Below are positions 9,439-18,743 of a stretch of DNA of 64,000 nt, piece after piece. The notes under the pieces are model-generated. The model ran no database searches and had not been told where the DNA came from. It saw only the letters and a program-made list of their open reading frames with translations. The translations under genes and the position numbers were made by a program. Source of the stretch: Rickettsia endosymbiont of Pseudomimeciton antennatum. Lineage in GTDB: Bacteria; Pseudomonadota; Alphaproteobacteria; Rickettsiales; Rickettsiaceae. Where the stretch lies: contig JAJIYL010000008.1 of assembly GCA_020881195.1 (NCBI GenBank), positions 4,053-68,052 on the forward strand, written 5' to 3'. Every line of letters starts with the position of its first letter. Positions within the stretch are counted from its first letter, which is position 1.

Positions 9439-9699
9439 TAAACCTCAGTTTTGGATTAGAATTTAAAAATTCTAATCCAAAAACTGGTAAAGCAATAAGG
9501 AAAAATGCATTCTTGAAGCGGTTCTACGAATGCATTTTAACCTAATTTTTAGCTAATAATCTTATTTTTAGTCTGAAAAATAAGATTATTAGCCATTTTT
9601 ATTATTTTAACAATCAGGCGACGAACCGCTTCTAACCTAATTGTTTACATTATTATTCCAATTTTGGATTAACTAAGTTAATCCGAAATTGGGGTTTTA
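9439..9699 (+). repeat. 261-bp symmetric five-hairpin element, copy 1
   Basis: Inverted copy at 12475-12735 with 5 differences by manual alignment; five internal stems; imperfect terminal inverted repeats. Confidence 0.92.
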
Positions 9700-9747
9700 C
9701 AGGAGCCACTGCTTAAATAAATCATTATTAAGTATAATCAAAAATAA

Positions 9748-9875
9748 GCTAGTAGGCTGCCTGCGATAACTAATTATATTTTCTGGCGAGAATAAATATG
9801 ATTTTTGAAGGAATATTCGCAGCTAAAAAGAGCCAAATATAGAATTACTTTAGTTATTGCAGGCAGCCTACTAGC
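9748..9875. mobile_element. 128-bp MITE-like element with 26-bp terminal inverted repeats
   Basis: GCTAGTAGGCTGCCTGCGATAACTAA (9748-9773) / TTAGTTATTGCAGGCAGCCTACTAGC (9850-9875); relative at 57926-57984. Confidence 0.7.
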
Positions 9876-10003
9876 ACTAGGTATTTATTATAGATTATTT
9901 ACAAAAAGATAAATATTTTTGATAATAATCTAATAAAATAGTGGAAGTATTGTAATTCTTAATTTACACTAATTTATGATATAACTAATATTATAGGATA
10001 AAA

Positions 10004-10729
10004 GTGCTTGATAATCGGAAGTATAATTGGCAAACAAAATATCCAAACTGTAAATATGCCGAGAAGTTACTGAGCAAGCTATCTGAGTTGAATCATCAAG
10101 TAACTAGACCGGTAGATATTGATGCGGTTAAAAAAGGTATCTATTATGCTAAAAAATATCATGGTAGCCAAATGCGACAATCTGGTGACCCTTATTATTC
10201 TCACCCGATAGAGGTGGCGTACATGGTTGCCGAATACACCGCATTAGAATTGCCCCAATATTTTAGGACTGATATGATTATTACCAGTTTACTGCATGAT
10301 ACTCTTGAAGATACGGATTTGAGTGAAAAGCTGATTTCTATGGTCTTTGGTAAGCAAATTGCTAGCCAAGTAGAAGATTTAACCAGGATCAAATCATATG
10401 GGAAGATCAGTTCCAAGGAGATGTTAGATTTATTATTTCAACAGAAAAAATTTGATGTGGCATTTATTAAAGTCTTCGATCGAATTCACAACTTACAAAC
10501 TATAAGTGCTAAATCACCAGAAAAAGCTAAGAAAATCGTTAAGGAGACAATAGAATATTTTATAATTCTTTGCACATACTTGGAGATACCGGCAGCAGAG
10601 CAAAAATTAATAAAGCTATGTTACCAAAATTTTCCGACTAACCAACCAATCTACTATGATTCTGAGGGTAATGTCCAGAATCTTTTGCCAACTTCTCAAA
10701 ATGAAAGAACCCGTATGCGAAAAATATAA
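10004..10729 (+). CDS. Stand-alone HD-domain (p)ppGpp hydrolase-like protein (SpoT HD/SAH)
   Basis: QMRQSGDPYYSHPIEV, LLHDTLEDT and DRIHNL motifs; no synthetase domain. Confidence 0.9.
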   Translation: MLDNRKYNWQTKYPNCKYAEKLLSKLSELNHQVTRPVDIDAVKKGIYYAKKYHGSQMRQSGDPYYSHPIEVAYMVAEYTALELPQYFRTDMIITSLLHDTLEDTDLSEKLISMVFGKQIASQVEDLTRIKSYGKISSKEMLDLLFQQKKFDVAFIKVFDRIHNLQTISAKSPEKAKKIVKETIEYFIILCTYLEIPAAEQKLIKLCYQNFPTNQPIYYDSEGNVQNLLPTSQNERTRMRKI

Positions 10730-11973
10730 TTGCAGGAAGCATAATAACCAATAATCCCCAATTGCCAAAATGGTTAGTAAGATAGACAAAACCAAAAGAG
10801 GCAATGACAAACATTAAGGTCCTAGATGCAGCAAATGTAATACTAGCACAGGTAAAACGTTTAAATACCGGAAAGCTTTTATAACAAATGGGAAGAATAG
10901 GAGGTAAGCATTCAAGTAAAAGTATAACGAATTGAATCAAAAATAACTGATAAGGAGAATTAATATTATTCAATAAATACGGACAAAATATGATAAAAAT
11001 AGAACATATGAATAGTATAATTTTCATTGTTAATAATGGATTCACTTTTAAACTTAAATAACATAACGTTAATGTGGTTACAAACTCCATTATACAGACA
11101 ATGAAATTATGATGAATAACCTCGGAAGTTGTATAACCAAAGCTGGTTTTTAAAATATTACCACAATATATATAAAGAAAATAAAAGCTTATCGGTCCAA
11201 CACAATGTAATAAAAACAAAGATATTACTGTTTTTTTATTAACTTTTTCTTGCCAAATAGGATGGTTTGTTAAGCTAGCTGTATCGGTATTAATTTCCTC
11301 AAAAACTTTTTTTATTCGATGTTTGGCATCAGCAAATTCTGGTGTTTCTCGCAAGGTTGTTCTAGCAACAGAACCAATTAATGATATTACTGCACCAAGC
11401 CAAAATGCTAGACGCCAGTTAAAACCATGTGAAGTAACAAGTGAGGCAATGCCTAAAGCAGCTATACCCCCTAAGGCAGCAAAAGCTGATAATGATCCCA
11501 CACTTGCATATTGTATTGGGGGCTTAAGCGTTTCCGTTAAATACAGTTCTGCACCTATTATTTCACTCATAGAAGATATGCCTTGCACAATACGACATAT
11601 TGTAAGTACCCAAGCCGCTGTAACTCCTATCTGGGCATAAGTAGGCAGATTAGCCATCACCAGACATGATGCCGCCGTCATAAAGGTTGTGATGATCACT
11701 GTTGATTTACGCCCTATATTATCACCTAACCAACCAAATATTACTGTTCCAACAAGTCGGAAAACATAAGTGGAACAAAAAGCAAAAGACATCATTAAAG
11801 AAGTTGTCTGAGGATCAGATGGTTCAAAAAATAACTCATTAAGAATCCCTACCATATGCACATAAAGCAACAGATCAAAATACTCCAGAAATGTTCCTAT
11901 GGAAAGCAACCCTATAGCTTCTTTCTGTTCTCTTGTAAGGCTAGTCTGCTGATTAGGGATAATATCCTGACAT
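10638..11973 (-). CDS. ProP-like MFS transporter; the natural 5' end (ATG 11973) is out of frame
   Basis: TREQKEAIGLLSIGTFLEYFD, GWLGDNIGRK and ETPEF motifs; ATG 11973 reads MSGYYP* because of one extra C at 11956-11958. Confidence 0.85.
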
Positions 11974-12082
11974 CTTCTTGAACTAATATACTCACAGCTA
12001 GTTGACCTGGTTTTGTTGTTGGCTTTAAATGGTTTATAAAATTAGATTCCTACTGCACATGGATAATACCTTTATTCCCGTG

Positions 12083-12184
12083 CGTCATTGCGAGGAAGAG
12101 CTTAGGTTGACGAAACAATCCATACAGTGTTGTATAGCATTGGTGGATTGTTTTGTCGGCTTACTACGCTTCCCTGGAAGGACG
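12083..12184. repeat. Family D palindromic repeat (degenerate)
   Basis: CGTCATTGCGAGG...AACAATCC...GGATTGTT. Confidence 0.75.
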
Positions 12185-12474
12185 CTTTTTTTAGATACCT
12201 ATTTCGCAGGAATGACATAAAGATAGCAGGGGTGACATTAGTAGCTAAGAGCACATAACACAACATCCTCTTTGCTGACTAGTGTCGTTTCTGCTTCAAG
12301 TGGAGAACAATCAATTGTTAAGTTTTGGTCACAGTAGTATAATTTTTAATTAAATATAACCTACATTAATATAGTCAAATAATTTTCATATTAAAAGATA
12401 TTTATTTTTTATCAACAGAAAATATTTAATAATTTACTAATTAATTGTCTGTTATGGTTAAAAAATTTGCTATT

Positions 12475-12735
12475 TAAAACCCCAATTTCGGATTAACTTC
12501 GTTAATCCAAAATTGGAATAATAATGTAAACAATCAGGCTAGAAGCGGTTCGTCGCCTGATTGTTAAAATAATAAAAATGGCTAATAATCTTATTCTTCA
12601 GATTAAAAATAAGATTATTAGCTAAAAATTAGGTTAAAATGCATTCGTAGAACCGCTTCAAGAATGCATTTTTCCTTATTGCTTTACCAGTTTTTGGATT
12701 AGAATTTTTAAATTCTAATCCAAAACTGAGGTTTA
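12475..12735 (-). repeat. 261-bp symmetric five-hairpin element, copy 2 (inverted)
   Basis: Reverse complement matches 9439-9699 except at 5 positions. Confidence 0.92.
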
Positions 12736-12875
12736 GAGCATTTAGATTTACTTTGCACTAGTGATATTGTTACAATCAAAAATTTATTATTTCACTTCTC
12801 TATATTATTTCTTCTTGCTATCACTGACCAAATAGTCAAATGTATTAATATTAAATATTAACTAATGGTAAAGAA

Positions 12876-14183
12876 ATGATAACATATCAAGACCATAAAA
12901 TTCTAACAAGAGAACAAAAAGAAGCGGTTGGGTTGCTGTCAATCGGGACATTTTTAGAGTATTTTGATTTGATGCTCTATGTTCATATGGCAGTATTGTT
13001 GAATGAGTTATTTTTTCCAAAAACTGACCCGCACACTGCTACTCTGCTGTCAGCTTTTGCCTTCTGTGCTACTTTTGTTTTTCGACCAATTGGTGCTGTG
13101 CTATTTGGTTGGATAGGTGATAAAGTAGGTCGCAAAGCTACGCTAGTTGTTACAACTTTTATGATGGCGTGTTCTTGTTTGGTGATGTTTAGTTTGCCGA
13201 CTTATGCACAAATTGGTATTACTGCTTCGGTATTAATCACCATTTGTCGGATAATGCAAGGTATGTCATCCTTAGGAGAAGCAATAGGGGCAGAATTATA
13301 TTTAATGGAAATGACTAAGCCACCACTACAATATCCTGTTGTTGGTGCCATTTCAATATTTGCTGATTTAGGTGGAGTATGTGCTTTAGGTATCGTGACG
13401 TTGGTTACTTCATATGGTTTTAATTGGCGATATGCTTTTTTATTTGGTACAGTGATTGCCCTAGTGGGGGCTATGGCAAGAACGCGATTGAGAGAAGCAC
13501 CAGAATTTGCTGATGCAACTAGAAGGCTGCTAAATAAACTTAAAACTTTCGGTTTAGAGAAAAAGGATATTACTAATCAAGAAATGCTAAATGAAAAAGT
13601 TAATATAAAAACTATATTAGCTTATTTATCAATTGAATCGACTAGACCAATTATTTTTTATCTTGTATATATGCATTGTGCTACTATACTGAAAAGCACC
13701 TTCAATTATAGTGTTGAACAAATTATTAGTCATAACTTGCTTGTTAGTATAGCAGAGCTACTTATCAGTATTCTATATACTTATTTGAGTTATAAAATAT
13801 ATCCACTAAAAATTTTAAAAACAAAATTAGTAATTTTTGCTATTATTATTATATTTTTGCCATATTTATTAACTAATCAGTCTCCTTTCTATTTATTATT
13901 ATTGCAGTTTTTTATATTGCTATTTCAGACAGGGTCATTTCCAGCTGCTCCAATATTTTATAAGCAGTTTCCTGTGTTTAAACGTTTTAGATGTGTCAGT
14001 ATCTCATTTGCTGTGATGAAGGCAATAATGTATGTTGTTGTCTCTTTTGGATTAGTTTGTTTAATAGAGTATTTTGGTAATTGGGGCATAGTAATATTAT
14101 TTGTACCCTTCCTTGTGGCATATGGATTTGCCTTGCGTCATTTTGAGATATTAGAGAAGTTACGACGTGCGAGTGGTTTTTAA
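12876..14183 (+). CDS. ProP-like MFS transporter
   Basis: LTREQKEAVGLLSIGTFLEYFDLMLYVHM and GWIGDKVGRK; paralog of 10638..11973. Confidence 0.9.
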   Translation: MITYQDHKILTREQKEAVGLLSIGTFLEYFDLMLYVHMAVLLNELFFPKTDPHTATLLSAFAFCATFVFRPIGAVLFGWIGDKVGRKATLVVTTFMMACSCLVMFSLPTYAQIGITASVLITICRIMQGMSSLGEAIGAELYLMEMTKPPLQYPVVGAISIFADLGGVCALGIVTLVTSYGFNWRYAFLFGTVIALVGAMARTRLREAPEFADATRRLLNKLKTFGLEKKDITNQEMLNEKVNIKTILAYLSIESTRPIIFYLVYMHCATILKSTFNYSVEQIISHNLLVSIAELLISILYTYLSYKIYPLKILKTKLVIFAIIIIFLPYLLTNQSPFYLLLLQFFILLFQTGSFPAAPIFYKQFPVFKRFRCVSISFAVMKAIMYVVVSFGLVCLIEYFGNWGIVILFVPFLVAYGFALRHFEILEKLRRASGF

Positions 14184-14311
14184 CAATCTGATTTATTATA
14201 TTGGGAATGATGATCCAACAAGTTTACCGCTGTATAGCTAGACTTTTGACGTGAGTGTTCACGGATTTTTTTGCTATTTTCTTATGATAAATAAAAAATC
14301 TGCTTGTCAAG

Positions 14312-14397
14312 CGTCTATTAGCGAGGAGCTGCTTTGCGGCGACGCGGCAATCTAATGAATGTGGATTGCCACGACCACTACGCCTTCTGCAATGATG
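14312..14397. repeat. Family D palindromic repeat
   Basis: CGTCTATTAGCGAGG...GCAATC...GGATTGC...GCAATGATG. Confidence 0.8.
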
Positions 14398-14432
14398 TCT
14401 TGCATTTTAACTTTTTTTCCGTGAACACTCAC
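14398..14432 (-). repeat. Flank module A (inverted); partial opposite copy at 14251-14265
   Basis: Reverse complement GTGAGTGTTCACGGAAAAAAAGTTAAAATGCAAGA. Confidence 0.8.
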
Positions 14433-14473
14433 AATTGCATTAGAAAAAGAATAAATTAGAAGGAATAAATTAG

Positions 14474-14713
14474 TTAGACCTCTATCTTTTCTATAACTAT
14501 GGTAGAATCTGCCTGCTTAGTGATTTTTTCAATCTTCAATCTAGCGGCTTGTAGTTTTTTTTCACAGTGATCTTTTAGTAAAACTCCTCTTTCAAAGCTA
14601 CTAATTGACGAATCCAAACTTTCCTCACCAGCATCAATTCTTTTTACAATTTCTTTTAGTTCAGCTAAGGCAGCTTCAAAGCTCATATTTTCAATAGATG
14701 TTAAGTCTGGCAT
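14474..14713 (-). CDS. xseB: Exodeoxyribonuclease VII small subunit
   Basis: [13 protein letters not shown]...[11 protein letters not shown]. Confidence 0.93.
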   Translation of the reverse strand: MPDLTSIENMSFEAALAELKEIVKRIDAGEESLDSSISSFERGVLLKDHCEKKLQAARLKIEKITKQADSTIVIEKIEV

Positions 14714-14745
14714 TGTAGCTTCCTCCTTTATCTGTTCTTTTCATC

Positions 14746-15936
14746 CTAATTCCTAACATATTTTCTATCTAGTTCATTATATAACCTATAAATTGCCATC
14801 TCACGATCTTTAATCTTTTTACTAGCAATTTTTAGTAATCGTTCTGACGATTCTTCAGTTAACTGAATTGATGAATGTAATTGGTCAGCAAGCTTTTTCA
14901 GTGATTCCTGAATTTCTATAAAAGATTTTTGTAATTGCACTTTAATCGATATAGAGGAATTTTCAAGCTCATTAAGTTTTACATACACATGCTCTACCAG
15001 CTGATTAATTTTATCCTGCAGTAAATTTAATTTCTCTTTCCTTCCCTCTATTAGGTAGTTACTCGTTTCATTTTTTTTGGCTTGTATTCTAATTTCAGGT
15101 GTAACTTCTAAATTCCAAGCTAGTCCTAATTTACTCATCATGTATATTATCCATTTATGGACATCAAAATGATACCACTTAATGCCATTACGGTAATCTG
15201 ATGGGAAGGCATGATGGAAATTATGCCAATTTTCACCTAATAAGAATAATGCCATCCACCAAATATCTCCGGCAGTACCTTTGTAATATTTCTTGCTACC
15301 GACGAAATGGCATAGAGAATTTACGGAAAAAGTCGCATGTTGTTGCAGTACTCTACCCATACCAATAAACAAGAAACCAGCATAGGCAGAGGTGATAGTT
15401 CCACCAATCAGATAGCCTATTAATGCGGGCATTATAGTGTTCATAAATATAGAGATTTTCCAGTAATACTTTAATTGCCATCTCAGCAATTTATTTTTAC
15501 CAAGTTTAACCATAGTAATTCGGTCAATGGACTTATAACTTCCGTCAATGATCATCCATCCAATATGTGACCATAAAAACCCTAAAATTCTATTCTCAAA
15601 TTTTAGTGGGCTGTGCGGATCTTGATCTTTATCAGTAAAACCATGGTGTTTATGATGATTTGATGCCCAAGACAAAACTGGTCCTTGTAAAGTAGCAGCT
15701 GACATCATAACAAGAATAAACTCCACCACCTTATTTGTTTTAAAGGCATGATGTGACCATAGCCGATGTAATCCAACACCAACAGCAATATTAGAGCCAT
15801 AATAGCCAGCTATCAACAAACCTATCTCAAATACGCCTATCTTATGGCTAGCGTAGTATTTTATAACCAAACATGAAAGTATAATTGGGTATATAATAAG
15901 CACAAAGAAAATGGACCAAACGATTCTTTTTAGCAT
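14746..15936 (-). CDS. Acyl-CoA (delta-9) fatty acid desaturase with C-terminal coiled coil
   Basis: His boxes HRLWSH, HHKHH, QDPHSP and GENWHNFHH. Confidence 0.92.
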   Translation of the reverse strand: MLKRIVWSIFFVLIIYPIILSCLVIKYYASHKIGVFEIGLLIAGYYGSNIAVGVGLHRLWSHHAFKTNKVVEFILVMMSAATLQGPVLSWASNHHKHHGFTDKDQDPHSPLKFENRILGFLWSHIGWMIIDGSYKSIDRITMVKLGKNKLLRWQLKYYWKISIFMNTIMPALIGYLIGGTITSAYAGFLFIGMGRVLQQHATFSVNSLCHFVGSKKYYKGTAGDIWWMALFLLGENWHNFHHAFPSDYRNGIKWYHFDVHKWIIYMMSKLGLAWNLEVTPEIRIQAKKNETSNYLIEGRKEKLNLLQDKINQLVEHVYVKLNELENSSISIKVQLQKSFIEIQESLKKLADQLHSSIQLTEESSERLLKIASKKIKDREMAIYRLYNELDRKYVRN

Positions 15937-16009
15937 ATATCTAATTTTTAATTAAATAAATTGGGTACTATTGTAGCATATTATGTCACAATTACAATAT
16001 CATATTGCA

Positions 16010-16462
16010 TTACATTTTACGCTTCCATAATTTATTAAACATACGTTGTCCAAAATAGAAACTAATAATGCCGGCAAAAATAGCCTGATCGTCTATATTC
16101 CATAAAACATCAAGATATTCTACAAGGATTGCCGTACTTTGGATGGTTTTATATTGCACATATTTGACATAGGCATACATAATAAAAAAACTATATGCCA
16201 GAATAGGGCGAACTGAAGCATTTAAGGCATCAACCCAATTAATGCCTGATTTATATGTTGAATATAAACTATTATTCTCCGCAATGTCTTTGGAAGCATC
16301 AAGCTCTGAGAGCAGTTTGCTATTCCCTAATTTATGGCTTTCAATTTGCCGATCTAAAATATTAAGTTCATGTTTTTTATCATTTTGATCCTTTAGAATT
16401 TTTAAAATCTCCGGAATAATTGAGCTAATAAAGCCCGTTATTGAAGCAAGTAGTGTAATCAT
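16010..16462 (-). CDS. Small membrane protein, holin (3TM)-like
   Basis: N-terminal amphipathic helix, DALNASVRPILAY, C-terminal IISFYFGQR and basic tail. Confidence 0.45.
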   Translation of the reverse strand: MITLLASITGFISSIIPEILKILKDQNDKKHELNILDRQIESHKLGNSKLLSELDASKDIAENNSLYSTYKSGINWVDALNASVRPILAYSFFIMYAYVKYVQYKTIQSTAILVEYLDVLWNIDDQAIFAGIISFYFGQRMFNKLWKRKM

Positions 16463-16638
16463 AAAAAGCTCATTAATTCTTGTATGGTATCATTATACCA
16501 AAATTTTTCCTTGCACTAATACCTGTCATCCAGTTTTTTTTTAAATTCTAATCAAATTATTTGACTATAAGTATATGCAGGAAATAAGTCACAATTGATA
16601 AAATTTTATAAATTTTTTGTAAACTATTTAAAACCTTC

Positions 16639-16667
16639 TTGACTCTATAATTATAGTACAATATCCT
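16639..16667 (+). promoter_or_regulatory. sigma70-type promoter of the dcw operon, TTGACT-N17-TATCCT
   Basis: Consensus spacing, about 100 bp upstream of mraZ. Confidence 0.65.
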
Positions 16668-16707
16668 AAAAATTCCATATAATCCCAAATTATCCCAAAT
16701 ATGACCA
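16663..16707 (-). promoter_or_regulatory. Putative MraZ operator: five 10-bp-periodic boxes (TCCCA, i.e. TGGGA on the minus strand)
   Basis: CC at 16665, 16675, 16685, 16695 and 16705 (ATCCT, TTCCA, TCCCA, TCCCA, GACCA). Confidence 0.7.
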
Positions 16708-16765
16708 AATCATTCGAGTATATACCGATGCATGACAGTACCAATTCTTTAAAGGTAAAGGGTAA

Positions 16766-17224
16766 ATGAATATTTTTTTATCAAAATATATAAATAATCT
16801 TGATAAGAAAGGTCGTGTTTCAGTACCTGCTAGCTATAGAGCAGCTTTATCTAGTCAGGCATTTAATGGAGTTATTGTTTATCCGTCTTTTAGAAATAAG
16901 TGTATTGAGGCGTGTAGTTTAAAGAGGCTTGAGGAGTTAAGTCAAATGATCCAAACCTTAGATCCATATTCTGAGGAACGAGATGCTTTCGAAACAATTA
17001 TTATTGGTGAGGCTATCCAACTTGCGTTTGATGGTGAGGGTAGGGTGATTTTACCCAAATCTTTAATAGAGCATTCTGATATATCAGATCAGGCTTGTTT
17101 TGTGGGAAAGGGATTAGTTTTTGAAATTTGGCAGCCGCAAAATTTTGAAACCTATCTTTCTTCAGCTCGGCAAATTGCTCAAAATAACCGTTTAACTCTT
17201 AAGAACATTAATAAGGATATATGA
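16766..17224 (+). CDS. mraZ: Division/cell-wall cluster repressor MraZ
   Basis: [11 protein letters not shown] and [10 protein letters not shown] duplicated AbrB-fold motifs. Confidence 0.97.
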   Translation: MNIFLSKYINNLDKKGRVSVPASYRAALSSQAFNGVIVYPSFRNKCIEACSLKRLEELSQMIQTLDPYSEERDAFETIIIGEAIQLAFDGEGRVILPKSLIEHSDISDQACFVGKGLVFEIWQPQNFETYLSSARQIAQNNRLTLKNINKDI

Positions 17225-18300
17225 TATACTCAAATGATTTGAAGAATTGGAACGTAAAACAAGGGGTGAGCGAGCGGAGCGTACAACTAGTACGTGAGCA
17301 CGCGAATGCCCCAAAGTTTTGCGGAGCCAATTCTTCAAAGCAGAAGAGTATACAAGAATCCGCATCACCTCATACAGCTGTTCTGTTAAATGAAGTTAAG
17401 GAAGTCTTGTGTCCTAAAGATGGGGGGATTTATCTGGATTGTACCTTTGGTTTTGGTGGTTATAGTCGGATGATACTCGATTCTTGTAATTGTCAATTAG
17501 TGGCAATTGATCGCGATCCAAATGTTATAACTTATGCCAATCAATTGATAAATGATTATCCAGGTAGAGTAAATTTTATTCAGACAGGTTTCGCTGAAAG
17601 CTTTTCAGAATTAGGTTCATTGAAATTTGATGGCATAGTTATGGATTTAGGAGTTTCCTCTATGCAACTTGATTCTGGAGATAGGGGTTTTTCCTTTACC
17701 CATGATGGACCACTTGATATGAGAATGAGTGGGGTAGGGGAGAGTGCTGCGGATTTTATAAATAAGGCTGATGAACAAGAAATAGCCGATGTGATTTATC
17801 AATATGGCGATGAACCTTATTCTCGAAGAATTGCTAAAAAAATCATAGAACATAGGAGATTAGAGCCTATTACCAATACAGCAAGATTTGCCAATATTGT
17901 TCGCAGTACTATAGGTTTTCGAAAAGGTAAAATTGATACAGCTACTAAGAGTTTTCAAGCAATCCGTATTTACATTAATGACGAATTAGGTCAATTAGAA
18001 AGATTTCTAAATAATAGCAAGAATATTTTAGCACCAAATGGTCGCCTAGTAATTGTCTCATTTCATTCATTAGAAGACCGAATTGTTAAGAATTTTTTTA
18101 AAGCAAATTCTGCTAGGTTAATTGCCAGGTCTAAATATGCGGCAAAAGTCTTAGCTGAAGAAAATTCTAAGGAATGGCTTAAGATTCTTACAAAAAAACC
18201 AGTATGTCCATCGTCTAGAGAAGTTGCACTTAATCCAAGAGCAAGATCTGCAAAGTTAAGAGCTGGACAGAAAATAGATGGTACTACATATGGTAGTTAG
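17221..18300 (+). CDS. rsmH: 16S rRNA m4C1402 methyltransferase with in-frame RPE3 at the N-terminus
   Basis: [35 protein letters not shown] and [10 protein letters not shown]. Confidence 0.97.
   Translation: MIYSNDLKNWNVKQGVSERSVQLVREHANAPKFCGANSSKQKSIQESASPHTAVLLNEVKEVLCPKDGGIYLDCTFGFGGYSRMILDSCNCQLVAIDRDPNVITYANQLINDYPGRVNFIQTGFAESFSELGSLKFDGIVMDLGVSSMQLDSGDRGFSFTHDGPLDMRMSGVGESAADFINKADEQEIADVIYQYGDEPYSRRIAKKIIEHRRLEPITNTARFANIVRSTIGFRKGKIDTATKSFQAIRIYINDELGQLERFLNNSKNILAPNGRLVIVSFHSLEDRIVKNFFKANSARLIARSKYAAKVLAEENSKEWLKILTKKPVCPSSREVALNPRARSAKLRAGQKIDGTTYGS
17225..17352 (+). repeat. RPE3-like element (family C), 128 bp
   Basis: TIR TATACTC/GAGTATA; encodes [42 protein letters not shown]. 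Confidence 0.93.
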
Positions 18301-18700
18301 AATATTTAGTTGTATAACTGTATGCACTATAATTTTTTCTATTTATGGGCTATTTAGAGTTAAAGATAAGGTTATTATCTTGCATTATCAGCTTGGAGAG
18401 GTTTCAAAACAATTAACTGATGAGAGCGATAGAATTCACGTGTTAAAAGTCGAACAATCATACCTTACTTCTCCTGCTAGACTAAGAAAATTGTCATCAC
18501 TTTATTTACAATTAGATACTATTAAAGTTAAGCAAATGATTAGTGATCCTTTAATGCCTGAGAGTAAGAAATATGCAAAATCTAACGAGGTAAGAGATTC
18601 TCATTTTAATAAAGCTAATGTTAAGTGGCGTTATAAAACAACCGCTAATAATAAATACATAAAAACTGTTTCAACTAAAAAATCAGAGTATATTCGATGA
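18290..18700 (+). CDS. ftsL: Cell division protein FtsL-like
   Basis: One TM, coiled coil and EQSYLTSPARL; position between rsmH and ftsI. Confidence 0.75.
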   Translation: MVVRIFSCITVCTIIFSIYGLFRVKDKVIILHYQLGEVSKQLTDESDRIHVLKVEQSYLTSPARLRKLSSLYLQLDTIKVKQMISDPLMPESKKYAKSNEVRDSHFNKANVKWRYKTTANNKYIKTVSTKKSEYIR

Positions 18701-18743
18701 AAGGTACTCTTTTTGCCTATGCATACGTCATTGCGAGTAGGCT

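Noticed and set aside
9234-9545. 103-aa ORF reading into the 261-bp element
   Set aside because: It overlaps the NB-ARC remnant in another frame and runs through hairpins; no protein-like motifs
9439-9875. CRISPR array or retron ncRNA interpretation of the hairpin cluster
   Set aside because: There are no regularly spaced direct repeats with spacers and no cas or reverse transcriptase gene in the window
12029-12220. Small ORFs containing RHCEE or SLRG peptides (also 48916, 50036, 58415)
   Set aside because: They are translations of family D repeats
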